A DNA stretch of 33,080 bases, taken from positions 1 to 33,080 of the forward strand of contig JAJRPZ010000050.1 in assembly GCA_024280495.1 (NCBI GenBank), in the 5' to 3' direction. The notes below the pieces were generated by a model that saw only the letters and a program-made list of their open reading frames with translations, did not search any database and was not told the DNA's origin. Position 1 is the first letter of the stretch. The number at the start of each line of letters is the position of its first letter. Source of the DNA: Alphaproteobacteria bacterium. GTDB lineage: Bacteria > Pseudomonadota > Alphaproteobacteria > Caedimonadales > UBA9215. Positions 16,516-28,208 of this stretch are shown one piece after another. Position numbers and translations under genes: made by a program.

Positions 16516-18471
16516 ATGGCTAATAGCCTTAATATTTCTTTAATCAAAAAAACTTCATCTACTCTTTTGATTGTCTCTTCACTCGTTCTCTTTGCCTCTG
16601 GTTGTAAAGATAAAAATTATAATACGAAAGCAGAACAAGCTCAAATTCACGAAGTAGCCTCCGTTGAAGAATTTTTAAAACGGAAACCTCAATCGGAAGA
16701 TGATGCCCTTATTGCAAAGGGGATGAAAGCTATTGTTGGTGGCGATCTTCAAACAGCGTCTAGGACTTTCAACCTCCTTTTGATTGATGCACCCCTTGAT
16801 GCGCATCTTCATGTATTAAATGCTATCACCTATGAACTTATGTCCGAGCAAAATAACATTGCAAAACTCTCTCTAGCCCAAGCTGGCTATGAACAAGCTC
16901 TAAAAATTGATCCCCATATGACCATTGCATCCTTACAACTGGGGCGCATTTCTGCAAAACAAAAAAACTATGTAATGGCACAGGAATATTTTGCAACGGT
17001 CCTCCTGGCCAATAGTCATAACACAGATGCTCATTATGAATTAGCAAGGGCGTCTTATCACCTTGGTGACCTTAAAACTGGCAGCATGAGTATTAATCAA
17101 GCCTTGAAGGCAGATTCTGAAAATCCTGGCTATTTGCGTGCAGCAGCCCTTATTTATGCCGCCCTTGGCGAGCAAGAACAAGCAAATCTTTATGTGGCAC
17201 GTTATTCAACTCTTGATATTAGCACCCGTCATAAAAAACACTTGGAACGCCGTGTTCACGATTGGGAAAACCTCCACAAATCGGGACGCCTTGTGGCACA
17301 GGCGGACTTAGAGGTGGATACAGTGAATGGAGATAAAGAAGAAAAAAAAACAACCACTACAACTACTAAAGGAGCTGCAGAGGAAGAGGTGGTAACTGAA
17401 GGAGAAGAAGAAGAAGAAGATGCCGCTGAAGCTGAAGAAGAAATTGAAAAAAAAATAAAAACGGCCCCAGAAGAAAAAAAGAAAGAAGGTCAAATCATTT
17501 GGGATGAGACAAGAGAAGGTATGATTGTTGTCGATGCTGTCATCATGCGCATTTCCGAAACAGGGACAACCCGCAAAGGCAATAACATCATGACAAACTT
17601 TCGCATGAACCTAACACCAGGCGATTTCACGAGAACAAGAGAAAAAAGTGATGATGGGAGGGGCGGTGGCATAACAAGAACTTCGGGCTACTCTGTAACT
17701 CAAGGACTTTCCTTTGGCGTCATCGAATACGCCCTTGATATTGCCAATTCCCGTGATCAATATGCGGAAATTATTGGCCGACCCAGCCTCACGGCCACCA
17801 TTGGACAAGAGGCAAAATTCACATCTGGTCGAGATCGTAAAGTCCTTGCTGAAGGTCAGTTTGGCGGCAACCTCACATCCACACCCATTGGTACAACCCT
17901 TCGTGTTAAGGTTATCAAATATGAAGGGGATTTTATTACCCTTATGGTTGAATTGATCGGAAGTAGCACTGAGCAAGGTGCGGCCTTTGGTAACAACACC
18001 ACTTCATTCGAAATCAATAAGGATTACGTTAAAACAGTTGTGAAAGTACGTGCTGGTGAAACTATTATGCTGGCGGGAATTACCCAAAGAGAATTGAGCA
18101 CTTCTAAAAGCGGTGTGCCAATTCTACAAAATATTCCCCTTATTCAATACTTTTTCTCAGAAGAAGTCTCCACCAGCGAACGAAAATCCGTTATGTATAT
18201 CCTCACGCCACGCAGCTATAGCGCAACAATAAAGACAACAAAACGATTTTTCGCCCGTGGTCAAGAATTTGGCAATCGCCCCAAACTCACAGAACTTGAA
18301 CTTCGCCATAAAGACTGGTATGACCCCAGCATAAATAATACGTTGATATTGACTCACCTTGGTAAGGTGTACAATGAGTTCCGCACGGGAGATCTTAACA
18401 AAATCAAATGGGGGCACTCGGATCAAGTGGATAAGCAATTGGCTTCTATTGCGAATTTCATGTACTTTTAA
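16516..18471 (+). CDS. Lipoprotein with TPR repeats and a C-terminal secretin domain
   Basis: Lipobox ASGC; TPR helices; GRPSLTATIGQEAKFTSG and VRAGETIMLAG...SGVPILQNIPLIQYFFS...YILTPR secretin signature. Confidence 0.88.
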   Translation: MANSLNISLIKKTSSTLLIVSSLVLFASGCKDKNYNTKAEQAQIHEVASVEEFLKRKPQSEDDALIAKGMKAIVGGDLQTASRTFNLLLIDAPLDAHLHVLNAITYELMSEQNNIAKLSLAQAGYEQALKIDPHMTIASLQLGRISAKQKNYVMAQEYFATVLLANSHNTDAHYELARASYHLGDLKTGSMSINQALKADSENPGYLRAAALIYAALGEQEQANLYVARYSTLDISTRHKKHLERRVHDWENLHKSGRLVAQADLEVDTVNGDKEEKKTTTTTTKGAAEEEVVTEGEEEEEDAAEAEEEIEKKIKTAPEEKKKEGQIIWDETREGMIVVDAVIMRISETGTTRKGNNIMTNFRMNLTPGDFTRTREKSDDGRGGGITRTSGYSVTQGLSFGVIEYALDIANSRDQYAEIIGRPSLTATIGQEAKFTSGRDRKVLAEGQFGGNLTSTPIGTTLRVKVIKYEGDFITLMVELIGSSTEQGAAFGNNTTSFEINKDYVKTVVKVRAGETIMLAGITQRELSTSKSGVPILQNIPLIQYFFSEEVSTSERKSVMYILTPRSYSATIKTTKRFFARGQEFGNRPKLTELELRHKDWYDPSINNTLILTHLGKVYNEFRTGDLNKIKWGHSDQVDKQLASIANFMYF

Positions 18472-18481
18472 ATGACGTCAT

Positions 18482-21331
18482 TTAACTTTTTAAATAAGAT
18501 TTTAAATAGTTCCCCGTATAGCTTTCTTTGGTAGAAGCTATTTTCTCAGGGGTGCCAGTGGCAACTATTTTTCCACCACCAGTACCGCCTTCTGGACCAA
18601 TATCAATGATCCAATCTGCGGTTTTAATGACTTCTAGGTTATGTTCAATGACGATAATGGTATTCCCTTGATCCACGAGGGTATGTAATACTTCCAAAAG
18701 TTTTTTAACATCTTCAAAATGCAATCCCGTTGTGGGTTCATCCAAAATATAAAGGGTCTTTCCTGTTGCACGTTTTGCAAGTTCTTTGGACAGTTTCACA
18801 CGTTGTGCTTCTCCACCAGAAAGAGTCGTTGCTTGCTGACCTATTTTTATATAGGTCAACCCTACTTGACCAAGAGTAACTAGCTTATCTCGCACGCTTG
18901 GGATGGCCTCAAAAAATTGGATACCTTCTTCAACGGTCATATCCAATATGTCTGCAATGGATTTATCTTTAAATCTCACGTCTAAAGTTTCACGATTATA
19001 ACGTTTGCCGTGGCATTGATCACATTCCACATAAACATCTGGTAAAAAATGCATCTCAATTTTCAAGACACCATCCCCTCTACAAGCCTCACAACGCCCG
19101 CCTTTGACATTGAAGGAAAAGCGTCCAGGGGTGTAACCCCGTGCTTTTGATTCAGGAAGAGCCGAAAACCATTCACGAATGGGGGTAAACGCTCCCGTGT
19201 AAGTTGCTGGATTAGATCGAGGAGTACGACCAATAGGCGATTGATCAATATCGATAATTTTATCAATATATTCAACACCTTTAATGGCATCAGCTGGGCC
19301 TGGTTGTGCCTTGCCTCCATGCATTTGTTTGTTCAACGTTTTATAAAGAGTTTCAATAACAAGGGAAGATTTTCCCCCGCCCGATACCCCTGTTACGGCA
19401 ATCATTTTTCCAAGGGGAAAGTCAGCCGATATATTTTGAAGGTTATTGGCCGTAGCCCCCTTAACAGTAATTTTTTTACCTTTATGGCCAGAACGACGCT
19501 TTTTAGGCACGGCAATGCCATCATCACCTCGCAGATAACGACCCGTCACGCTATTTTTATTATTAATAACATCATGGGGCAATCCATGGGCAATGATCTC
19601 TCCGCCATGTATACCTGCTTTTGGTCCCATATCAATCAGGTAATCTGCCGCTCGAATGGTGTCTTCATCGTGTTCAACAACAATGACCGTATTATCAAGG
19701 TCTCGCAAACGACGTAAGGTCTTCAAAAGCCTGTCGTTATCCCGTTGGTGCAAACCTATGGAAGGTTCGTCAAGGACATACAAGACACCCGTGAGGCCTG
19801 ATCCAATTTGCGAGGCCAAACGAATACGCTGACTTTCTCCCCCACTTAAGGTACCCGAAGAACGCGCCAAAGTGAGGTATCCAAGGCCAACACTCAATAG
19901 GAAGCCAAGGCGTTCGTTAATTTCTTTTAAAATACGATGGGCAATATCTTTTTCTTTGGGACTGAGTGAGTCATTTAAAGCCAAAAACCAAGCAACGGCT
20001 TCTTCTACGGAAAGTTGTGTAATCTGGGAAATATTATGCTTGTCTATTTTTACACAAAGAGCTTCAACTTTTAATCGATCCCCATGACAACTTTCACAAA
20101 TATGCTCCAATTGATATTTCGCCATATTATCACGGCGCTTTGCGCTATCAGTATCTTTCCAGAGACGCTCAAGGTTTGGCAGAACCCCTTCAAAGGGTTT
20201 ATTATTTTTATAGCTATGGGATTTATCTTGAACCACCGTCTGAATTTTTTCAGAACCAGAACCATAAAGTAAGGCTTTCTGAGTTTTAGGGGATAAATCT
20301 TCAAAAGGTATTTTGGGGTCATCGCCGTAATGCTTGATAACGGACTCCATGAGCTGTTGATAATAAAAACCAAAGGCACTATCCCAAGGAGCAACGGCTC
20401 CTTCGTAAATGGATTTTGTGCGATCAGGTACACAGAGATCTTCGTCAAAAATAATTTTAACGCCAAGGCCGTCACAAGGACCGCAAGCTCCAAAAGGACT
20501 GTTAAAAGAAAAAAGCCGCGGTTCTATTTCATCCAAAGTAAACCCTGACTCTGGGCAAGAAAATTTTTCAGAAAAAGTTAAGATCTCTCCTGATTTTATA
20601 TTTTCCACATAAAGCAACCCATCTGAAATACCAAGGGCAGTTTCAATACTGTCGGCCAACCGTGTCTCTAGGTCAGGTTTAATGGCCACGCGGTCCACCA
20701 CTATTTCAATGGTATGTTTAAGTTTTTTATCAAGGGCTGGTGCGTCTTCAATCATGTGGAGAACTCCATCGATTTTAACGCGCTGAAAGCCTCTTTTTTT
20801 CATTTCAGCAATTTCTTTTTTATATTCACCTTTGCGACCACGAATAATAGGCGATAACAACAGTAATTTTGTACCTTTTTCAAGTTGCATCAACCGATCT
20901 ACCATTTGAGAAACCGTTTGGCTTTCAATGGGAAGACCCGTTGTGGGAGAATGCGCCACACCAACTCTGGCAAACAGCAATCGCATATAGTCATATATTT
21001 CCGTGACTGTTCCCACAATAGAACGGGGGTTTTTAGAGGTTGTTTTTTGTTCAATGGAAATGGCTGGTGAGAGCCCCTCGATGGAATCCACATCTGGTTT
21101 TTGCATCAACTCAAGAAATTGCCTGGCATAGGCTGAGAGACTTTCCACATAACGACGTTGCCCTTCAGCATAAATAGTATCAAAGGCCAAAGATGATTTC
21201 CCAGAGCCACTGAGTCCTGTGATCACAACCAATTTATTCTTAGGGATATCAATACTGATATTTTTAAGATTGTGTTCACGCGCGCCTTTAATGGAAATAT
21301 GGGTGGTGTTATGAGGAGAAATAGGGGCCAT
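18482..21331 (-). CDS. uvrA: Excinuclease ABC subunit A
   Basis: GAREHNLK, two Walker A motifs, LSGGE twice, zinc fingers. Confidence 0.99.
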   Translation of the reverse strand: MAPISPHNTTHISIKGAREHNLKNISIDIPKNKLVVITGLSGSGKSSLAFDTIYAEGQRRYVESLSAYARQFLELMQKPDVDSIEGLSPAISIEQKTTSKNPRSIVGTVTEIYDYMRLLFARVGVAHSPTTGLPIESQTVSQMVDRLMQLEKGTKLLLLSPIIRGRKGEYKKEIAEMKKRGFQRVKIDGVLHMIEDAPALDKKLKHTIEIVVDRVAIKPDLETRLADSIETALGISDGLLYVENIKSGEILTFSEKFSCPESGFTLDEIEPRLFSFNSPFGACGPCDGLGVKIIFDEDLCVPDRTKSIYEGAVAPWDSAFGFYYQQLMESVIKHYGDDPKIPFEDLSPKTQKALLYGSGSEKIQTVVQDKSHSYKNNKPFEGVLPNLERLWKDTDSAKRRDNMAKYQLEHICESCHGDRLKVEALCVKIDKHNISQITQLSVEEAVAWFLALNDSLSPKEKDIAHRILKEINERLGFLLSVGLGYLTLARSSGTLSGGESQRIRLASQIGSGLTGVLYVLDEPSIGLHQRDNDRLLKTLRRLRDLDNTVIVVEHDEDTIRAADYLIDMGPKAGIHGGEIIAHGLPHDVINNKNSVTGRYLRGDDGIAVPKKRRSGHKGKKITVKGATANNLQNISADFPLGKMIAVTGVSGGGKSSLVIETLYKTLNKQMHGGKAQPGPADAIKGVEYIDKIIDIDQSPIGRTPRSNPATYTGAFTPIREWFSALPESKARGYTPGRFSFNVKGGRCEACRGDGVLKIEMHFLPDVYVECDQCHGKRYNRETLDVRFKDKSIADILDMTVEEGIQFFEAIPSVRDKLVTLGQVGLTYIKIGQQATTLSGGEAQRVKLSKELAKRATGKTLYILDEPTTGLHFEDVKKLLEVLHTLVDQGNTIIVIEHNLEVIKTADWIIDIGPEGGTGGGKIVATGTPEKIASTKESYTGNYLKSYLKS

Positions 21332-21511
21332 AAAAAAAGCTCTTTTATATCATTTTGAAATTTGTGTTTATTATAGTGTAGTTCTAAAAAAAGAAGAATC
21401 AAAAATATCAATTGCCCCCTATGCTCGGTTCCTATAAGTTAGAGAGGTATAGCTTTTTATAAAGCTAAGGTCCTGACTCTAAGCGTCACCCACAAGACAA
21501 CGGAAATTAAT

Positions 21512-22570
21512 ATGCCTTCACAAAAATCATCTACGGTCATGACAAAAAAAGAAAAACTTATGCAATATTATCGCGATATGCTTTTAATTCGCCGATTTGA
21601 AGAGCGAGCAGGTGCCCTTTATGGAGCAGGCGAAATCGCTGGTTTTTGTCACCTTTACATCGGTCAAGAAGCTGTAGTCGTAGGGATGCAGTCCGTTTTA
21701 TCCTATAAAGATAGCGTTATTACTGCCTACCGTGATCACGGACACATGTTGGCCTGTGGCATGGAACCAAACGGTGTGATGGCAGAACTCACTGGACGTA
21801 GCGGCGGCTATTCAAAAGGAAAAGGCGGATCTATGCATATGTTTTCTGCTGAAAAAAACTTTTATGGTGGCCATGGTATCGTGGGGGCACAAATCCCCCT
21901 TGGAGCAGGTCTTGCTTTTGCCCATAAATATCGCGAAGACGGCGGCCTTTGTGCCACATATTTCGGTGATGGATCTGCAAACCAAGGTCAAGTTTATGAA
22001 GCCTTTAACATGGCCTCCCTATGGAAACTACCGATTATTTTTATCATCGAAAACAATGGGTATGCCATGGGAACCTCTATCTCTAGACATGCTGCTGGTG
22101 GTGATTTATCCAAGCGCGGTGAAGCCTTTGGCATTACGGGACATAAAGTCAATGGTATGGATATTCTTGAGGTTATCAAATCTGGAAAAATGGCTGTTGA
22201 GCATGTACGATCGGGCAATGGTCCCATTCTTCTAGAGATGAATACTTATCGTTATCGGGGACATTCCATGTCTGATCCTGCAACGTATCGCCCTAAAGAA
22301 GAAGTCGATGACATGAAGTCCAATAAGGACCCCATAGAGGCTATAAAAAGTTTACTTGAAAGAGAACATGGCGTTAAAGCTGAGGACCTCAAAACCTTTG
22401 ACAAAGAAACTCGTGATATTTGTAAAAAGGCTGCTGAGTTTGCTCTTAATTCTCCTCTTCCAGATCCCAGTGAGCTTTATACGGATATTTTAATGAAAAC
22501 AAAACATGATAAAAAATTAACGCCTACCGTAGAAAAAACCAATTCTGCAACAAATGATATTAAGTGGTAA
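21512..22570 (+). CDS. pdhA: Pyruvate dehydrogenase E1 alpha
   Basis: [36 protein letters not shown]. Confidence 0.98.
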   Translation: MPSQKSSTVMTKKEKLMQYYRDMLLIRRFEERAGALYGAGEIAGFCHLYIGQEAVVVGMQSVLSYKDSVITAYRDHGHMLACGMEPNGVMAELTGRSGGYSKGKGGSMHMFSAEKNFYGGHGIVGAQIPLGAGLAFAHKYREDGGLCATYFGDGSANQGQVYEAFNMASLWKLPIIFIIENNGYAMGTSISRHAAGGDLSKRGEAFGITGHKVNGMDILEVIKSGKMAVEHVRSGNGPILLEMNTYRYRGHSMSDPATYRPKEEVDDMKSNKDPIEAIKSLLEREHGVKAEDLKTFDKETRDICKKAAEFALNSPLPDPSELYTDILMKTKHDKKLTPTVEKTNSATNDIKW

Positions 22571-22581
22571 GGGATTCTCAC

Positions 22582-23577
22582 ATGACTCAAAAAATGACAC
22601 AAACCACGGTGAGAGAAGCTATTCGTGACGGCATGTCAGAAGAAATGCGCCTTGATAAAGACGTCTTCCTCATGGGCGAAGAAGTTGCAGAATACAATGG
22701 TGCTTATAAAGTAAGCCAAGGCATGCTGGAAGAATTTGGCGATAAACGCGTTATTGATACCCCCATCACTGAATATGGATTTTCTGGCATTGCCGTTGGT
22801 GCTGCTTATGCAGGTCTCAAACCCATTGTTGAATTTATGACTTTTAACTTTGCTATGCAGGCCATTGATCATATTATTAACAGTGCTGCCAAAACCCTTT
22901 ATATGTCTGGTGGCCAAATGGGATGCCCCATTGTTTTTCGTGGCCCCAATGGAGCTGCTGCTCGTGTTGGAGCTCAGCACTCACAATGTTTTGCCAGTTG
23001 GTATGCCCATTGTCCTGGCCTCAAGGTTGTAGCCCCCTACTCTGCAGCCGACGCCAAAGGCTTAATGAAAGCAGCCATTCGCGATCCAAATCCAGTGATT
23101 TTCCTTGAAAATGAACTTCTTTATGGAGAATCATTCCCTATGCCAGAAGAAGATGATCACATTGTTGAAATTGGTAAGGCTGCTGTCTTGCGTGAGGGAA
23201 CGGATGTCACTATTACTGCTTTTTCCCTCATGGTTGGACGCGCACTGGAAGCCGCAGAAGAACTTGCGAAGGAAGGTATCAGTGCTGAAATTATTGACTT
23301 ACGCACCATTCGTCCTCTGGATACTGCGACCATCATTACGTCTCTCAAAAAAACAAATCGTCTGGTGAGTCTTGAAGAAGGATGGCCTTTTGCAGGAATA
23401 GGAGCAGAGCTTGCTGCTTTGGGTCAAAAAGAAGCTTTTGATTATCTGGATGCACCCATTACACGTGTGACTGGCGAAGATGTGCCCATGCCTTATGCTA
23501 AAAACCTCGAAGATTTGGCCATTCCACAAGTCGCTCAAATTATTCAAGCCGTAAAGGGTGTTTGCTATAAAGAATAG
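22582..23577 (+). CDS. pdhB: Pyruvate dehydrogenase E1 beta (no lipoyl domain)
   Basis: [33 protein letters not shown]. Confidence 0.98.
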   Translation: MTQKMTQTTVREAIRDGMSEEMRLDKDVFLMGEEVAEYNGAYKVSQGMLEEFGDKRVIDTPITEYGFSGIAVGAAYAGLKPIVEFMTFNFAMQAIDHIINSAAKTLYMSGGQMGCPIVFRGPNGAAARVGAQHSQCFASWYAHCPGLKVVAPYSAADAKGLMKAAIRDPNPVIFLENELLYGESFPMPEEDDHIVEIGKAAVLREGTDVTITAFSLMVGRALEAAEELAKEGISAEIIDLRTIRPLDTATIITSLKKTNRLVSLEEGWPFAGIGAELAALGQKEAFDYLDAPITRVTGEDVPMPYAKNLEDLAIPQVAQIIQAVKGVCYKE

Positions 23578-23636
23578 ATGGACCTATAATGATAATTAAC
23601 TTAATATAAACCAAACATAAAAAACAAGAGACTTTC

Positions 23637-24938
23637 ATGCCCGTTCAAATTTTGATGCCAGCCCTCTCCCCAACCATGACCGAAGGTAACCTTGTAAAAT
23701 GGCACAAGAAAGAAGGAGAATCCGTCGAAATTGGCGATATTCTTGCGGAAATTGAAACGGATAAAGCAACAATGGAAGTCGAATCCGTTGAAGAAGGCAC
23801 TCTCGGTAAGATTATCATTCCAGAAGGCTCGGACGATGTTGCCGTGAACGAGTTAATAGCCATTCTTTTGGAAGAAGGTGAAGACGTTTCTGCAATGGAA
23901 GCCATGACCAGTGGTGCCTCAAGTATTGAGAGTTCAGTATCAGCACCAAAAGTTTCCGCCGCAGAACAGGAAAGAAAAATTTCGAAGCCTGACAGTAATA
24001 TATCACAAATCGATAACATACCCTCGTCGAAAAGTCGTATTTTCGCGACCCCTGTTGCAAAACGCATTGCTGCTGATAAAGGTCTTAATCTTTCTACTAT
24101 GCAAGGATCCGGTCCCCATGGTCGCATCATAAAAGCAGACGTTGAAAACGCAATAACATTTCCCACTGGACTGGCCACTGAACTGGAAAAAGCTCCTAAA
24201 ATATCCAATAATATTATTGGGGAAACCATGGCAGCCGATGAGCTATTTCCTTCTTATACAAAAGTTAAAACAAATAATATGCGCAAAGTCATTGCGAAAC
24301 GCTTGACCGAAGCTAAACAAACAGTACCGCATTTTTATCTTACAATTGACTGTCATATTGACGCCCTTTTAAAAGCACGATTACAAATGAATGACAATGT
24401 TGAAAAACATGAAAAAATATCTGTAAATGATTTCATTATTAAAGCCATGGCATGCGCCATGGGCGACGTTCCCAAAGCCAATGCATCCTGGGCTGGTGAC
24501 CATATAAAAATATATGATCGCGTTGATATTTCCGTTGCCGTTGCCATCGATGGTGGACTCGTTACACCAATTCTACGTGGTTCAGAGTTAAAATCTCTCG
24601 GAGCCTTATCCCAGGAAATAAAAAAACTGGCTACCCGTGCCCGTGAAGGGTCACTTAAACCCCAAGAATTTCAAGGTGGAACCGTTTCTCTTTCAAACCT
24701 GGGTATGTTTGGTATCAAAGAATTTTCTGCCGTTATTAATCCTCCACAAGGCTGTATCTTGGCCGTTGGTGCTGGTGAAAAACGCCCGATAATTAATAAT
24801 AAAGGAGACATTAGTGCTGCAACCGTAATGTCCTGTACTTTATCCGTTGATCACCGTGTGGTAGACGGCGCAATTGGGGCACAATTCCTCAAAGCATTCA
24901 AAAATTATATTGAAAACCCTGTGATGATGTTGAAATAA
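23637..24938 (+). CDS. pdhC: Dihydrolipoamide acetyltransferase E2
   Basis: MPALSPTM, ETDKA lipoyl Lys, GSGPHGRI, DHRVVDG. Confidence 0.98.
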   Translation: MPVQILMPALSPTMTEGNLVKWHKKEGESVEIGDILAEIETDKATMEVESVEEGTLGKIIIPEGSDDVAVNELIAILLEEGEDVSAMEAMTSGASSIESSVSAPKVSAAEQERKISKPDSNISQIDNIPSSKSRIFATPVAKRIAADKGLNLSTMQGSGPHGRIIKADVENAITFPTGLATELEKAPKISNNIIGETMAADELFPSYTKVKTNNMRKVIAKRLTEAKQTVPHFYLTIDCHIDALLKARLQMNDNVEKHEKISVNDFIIKAMACAMGDVPKANASWAGDHIKIYDRVDISVAVAIDGGLVTPILRGSELKSLGALSQEIKKLATRAREGSLKPQEFQGGTVSLSNLGMFGIKEFSAVINPPQGCILAVGAGEKRPIINNKGDISAATVMSCTLSVDHRVVDGAIGAQFLKAFKNYIENPVMMLK

Positions 24939-24944
24939 AAAGGC

Positions 24945-25913
24945 ATGAATTTCAACTTAATTCTCCTTAGAAGATTCCTTAGAAAATTCAGTTATTTTCC
25001 CTTTTTCATGGTTTTATGTCTAACTATATATATGGATAAAGACGCCATTGCTGATTACGTTGATATAGAAACGTTAATGAAATACGCGCGGGACAATAAG
25101 TTAAAAACACCCAAACCTGATAAAGATGGGCGTTATCAAACTTTAAATAAACGGGGAACGACGACTCCTTACAGCAACTATTTTATTGATGAATTTGCTC
25201 GTTATGCTCAACACGGTAAAAAACGCGTTCTACAAATTGATGCAACTTTCGGACACCACACCATTAATGCCCTAGAGAAACCCATCTCAGAATTCATCAC
25301 AACTGACACATGCATTTCTCATCTTGCTATTACTGCCATGCGTATCCATAATCTCTTACCTGATGATCGTAGTTCTTCTGTAAAGTTCTTTCACGGCCCC
25401 TTTCCTAAGAGTTTTAAATATTTTAAAAGTAATAGCCTAGATGCCGTTTTGCTAAATCGCGTTCTTCATTATTACTCTCCAAAAGAACTCATTAAAACTA
25501 TGAAAGAGCTCCTGCGCGTTTTGAAACCTGGTGGACGTATTTATGTAATTGCCATAACGCCTTATGTAAATCGTTACAAGTCATTCATTCCTCTTTATAA
25601 ACAACGACTTATCTTAAAGCAGCAGTATCCAGGTTACTTGAATAATTTACGAAATTTTGCAGATCAAGAAGTAACGACACCTAATCAAATGAATCAGATT
25701 GAAGACGGGGCTTTTATCTTTTTCGATGCACAATTTATGTACCGTCTTCTTTCGGAGAATGGTTTCATTATTCGAAAATGCTATGAGTTTTCTTTAAGTC
25801 ATACCTCGGATATATGGCAATTGGATGGCCGTGAACTCGTTGGTGCCATTGCTCAAAAACCTTCTTCTCCCTCCTTTGAAGACCACCTCATTGCACACCA
25901 TAACGAATTTTAA
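24945..25913 (+). CDS. Class I SAM-dependent methyltransferase-like protein
   Basis: LDAVLLNRVLHY...RVLKPGG; degenerate motif I LQIDATFG; N-terminal hydrophobic segment. Confidence 0.75.
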   Translation: MNFNLILLRRFLRKFSYFPFFMVLCLTIYMDKDAIADYVDIETLMKYARDNKLKTPKPDKDGRYQTLNKRGTTTPYSNYFIDEFARYAQHGKKRVLQIDATFGHHTINALEKPISEFITTDTCISHLAITAMRIHNLLPDDRSSSVKFFHGPFPKSFKYFKSNSLDAVLLNRVLHYYSPKELIKTMKELLRVLKPGGRIYVIAITPYVNRYKSFIPLYKQRLILKQQYPGYLNNLRNFADQEVTTPNQMNQIEDGAFIFFDAQFMYRLLSENGFIIRKCYEFSLSHTSDIWQLDGRELVGAIAQKPSSPSFEDHLIAHHNEF

Positions 25914-26020
25914 TTTCTGAATTTTGTTTTTTTTTACAAAAAAACAAAATGGTAATAGTTTATTAAGACTTAGCTCCCTAAACTTTATATTGTAATAATT
26001 AAAAATAAAAGAGCCTCCTC

Positions 26021-27649
26021 ATGAATAATGACTTATCAAAACGCTTAGATTTTCTGAAAATAGATTCAGATACCAGAAAAACCCTTGAAAAAAATCTTCC
26101 TCTTGTGGAAAAAAATTTCGAGCCTATTTTAGATAAATTTTATGATCACATTCTTTCATACCCCAATCTTTCAGAAAAATTTTCTGGAGATGTAGGTCCA
26201 ATTAAATTACGTCAAAAAGAACATTGGCAAAGCCTTTTTTCAGGTTCCTTTAACGATCAATATTATAAAAATGTAAAGCATATTGGTGATGTTCATTACC
26301 GTGTTCAACTCCAACCTCAATGGTATATTGGCGGGTATGCATTTGCCATGTGTGCCATTACTGATATGCTCGTTGATGAGTATCGAAAAAAACCAAAAGA
26401 ACTCAAAAAAGCACTCCATGCAGCCATAAAATCATCTTTACTTGATATGGATTTAGCACTTACCTCTTATATCGATGCAAATGCCACTGGTGAAATGCGC
26501 GATAAAGTGTCTACTATGACAAGCTCTATTACCCACGCTTTCAATTATTCCTCAGTTCAAATGGGTGAAAGCTCAAGACGCCTTGATGAAGTATCACTAA
26601 AAGTATCTGCATCTGTTAAAACTGTTAAAGAAGAATCCTTACATAATGTTGAAGCCGCCGAACATAATTCCGAAAAAATAGAAGCTGCTGTCAATACGTC
26701 TCGTGAACTTAGTGCTGCTATTAAGGAAATTGCCGATCAGGTTTCAAGGTCATCCACAATTACCAGTGAGGCCGTGGATAAAACCCAAATGGCTCAGCAA
26801 AAAATTGATGAGCTCGTCACCTGTGCGACAACTATCGGCGATGTTATTCAAATGATTAACAAAATTGCCTCACAAACAAATTTACTTGCTTTGAATGCAA
26901 CAATCGAAGCAGCACGAGCAGGAGATGCAGGTAAAGGATTTGCCGTTGTGGCATCAGAAGTCAAAAACCTTGCGAATCAAACGGAAAAAGCAACGGAAGA
27001 AATTACAAATCAAGTTACGGTTATTCAAGGAACTATCAATGATACGGTGGAACTCTTTAATTCCGTTGGTGGTACTGTCAATGAAATGAATGAAATTTCA
27101 ACCATTATCTCTGGTGCCGTTGAAGAACAAAATGCAGCAACTGCTGATATTGCTGCCAACATTGAAATTGTTGCTGCTGAATCAGAGAGCTCCAAAAAAC
27201 GCGCACTCGAAGTAAATGTCATTGCAGAACGTACGAGTAAATACGCAGATGAAATCACAGAAGTAGCAGGCAATGTAAAAAGTCAATTTGATAAATTACA
27301 CAAAACCCTTGGGGATATTGTAGGCGGTGCAAGGAGTATTGATCAACGTGCTGCAGAACGACAAAGTGCACAATTTAGTGCTTCTGCAGAATGTAATGGA
27401 ACTAATATTTCAGTCACCATCACTGATCTTTCAGAGACTGGCGCTAGGGTTAACTATGTTTCAGGATTCCAATTAGGGGCAGATTGCACCCTTAATATTG
27501 ATGTGCTGGGGCAAGTTAAGGGAAGTGTTGCACACATTAAAAATGGTCAGTACATCGGATTAAAACTGAACTTCTCAGGGGCCCAAATTGAAAAAATCAA
27601 AGCCATTTCACCAGCAGGCGGAGAAGATCAATTTACTTCGGCGGCTTAA
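26021..27649 (+). CDS. Soluble globin-coupled chemoreceptor (protoglobin-MCP-PilZ)
   Basis: [19 protein letters not shown] globin; [36 protein letters not shown] and DLSETG PilZ motifs. Confidence 0.92.
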   Translation: MNNDLSKRLDFLKIDSDTRKTLEKNLPLVEKNFEPILDKFYDHILSYPNLSEKFSGDVGPIKLRQKEHWQSLFSGSFNDQYYKNVKHIGDVHYRVQLQPQWYIGGYAFAMCAITDMLVDEYRKKPKELKKALHAAIKSSLLDMDLALTSYIDANATGEMRDKVSTMTSSITHAFNYSSVQMGESSRRLDEVSLKVSASVKTVKEESLHNVEAAEHNSEKIEAAVNTSRELSAAIKEIADQVSRSSTITSEAVDKTQMAQQKIDELVTCATTIGDVIQMINKIASQTNLLALNATIEAARAGDAGKGFAVVASEVKNLANQTEKATEEITNQVTVIQGTINDTVELFNSVGGTVNEMNEISTIISGAVEEQNAATADIAANIEIVAAESESSKKRALEVNVIAERTSKYADEITEVAGNVKSQFDKLHKTLGDIVGGARSIDQRAAERQSAQFSASAECNGTNISVTITDLSETGARVNYVSGFQLGADCTLNIDVLGQVKGSVAHIKNGQYIGLKLNFSGAQIEKIKAISPAGGEDQFTSAA

Positions 27650-27671
27650 TTTTATAAAACTTCACTCTCTC

Positions 27672-27698
27672 AATACCCCTTTTCGGGGGTATTTTTTT
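27672..27698 (+). terminator. Rho-independent terminator
   Basis: AATACCCC/GGGGTATT stem followed by a T-run. Confidence 0.85.
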
Positions 27699-27793
27699 GC
27701 CAAAAAATAAATCAGTTAAAATCTTAGTCTTTATTAAGGAAAAATCCACTGCTCTCTGAGATAATTGTTTTAATAACAAAAACGGAGACCTCA

Positions 27794-28033
27794 ATGTCCG
27801 ATATAAAAAATAAAAATTTACAAGATACTTTTTTAAATACCGTTCGAAAAGAAAAGTCTGATGTGACTCTTTTTCTAGTAAATGGCGTTAAGCTTCAAGG
27901 TGTCATCACCTGGTTTGATAACTTTTCCGTCCTATTAAGGCGTGATGCCCATGCGCAACTGGTTTACAAACATGCAATTTCCACTATTATGCCCTTAAAT
28001 CCAGTTCAATTGTATGATGATGAAACACAATAA
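27794..28033 (+). CDS. hfq: RNA chaperone Hfq
   Basis: [31 protein letters not shown]. Confidence 0.99.
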   Translation: MSDIKNKNLQDTFLNTVRKEKSDVTLFLVNGVKLQGVITWFDNFSVLLRRDAHAQLVYKHAISTIMPLNPVQLYDDETQ

Positions 28034-28087
28034 AATCATTTTTTTCAAATGACTAACCATATATAATAAAACTGGATCATTTAATAT

Positions 28088-28193
28088 TATAGCTAATCAT
28101 TTTTACGTTTACACTTTGTTGCAGTGCTCCTTGGCTATAAGTTATAGCCGTCGTCCCTTACGCCTGGTGTAAACAAGAAACTAATAATCTCTA
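28088..28193. mobile_element. Palindromic element family B, copy 2
   Basis: First 35 nt identical to the 10129 copy, remainder similar; lies between hfq and hflX. Confidence 0.85.
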
Positions 28194-28208
28194 GGACCCA
28201 GTTTTTTT

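Noticed and set aside
17330..17490. GAA/ACT-rich stretch as a DNA repeat element
   Set aside because: Explained by the Glu/Thr/Lys low-complexity linker of the secretin protein
21332..21511. Alphaproteobacterial LexA box upstream of uvrA
   Set aside because: No GTTC-N7-GTTC or GAAC-N7-GAAC found by eye
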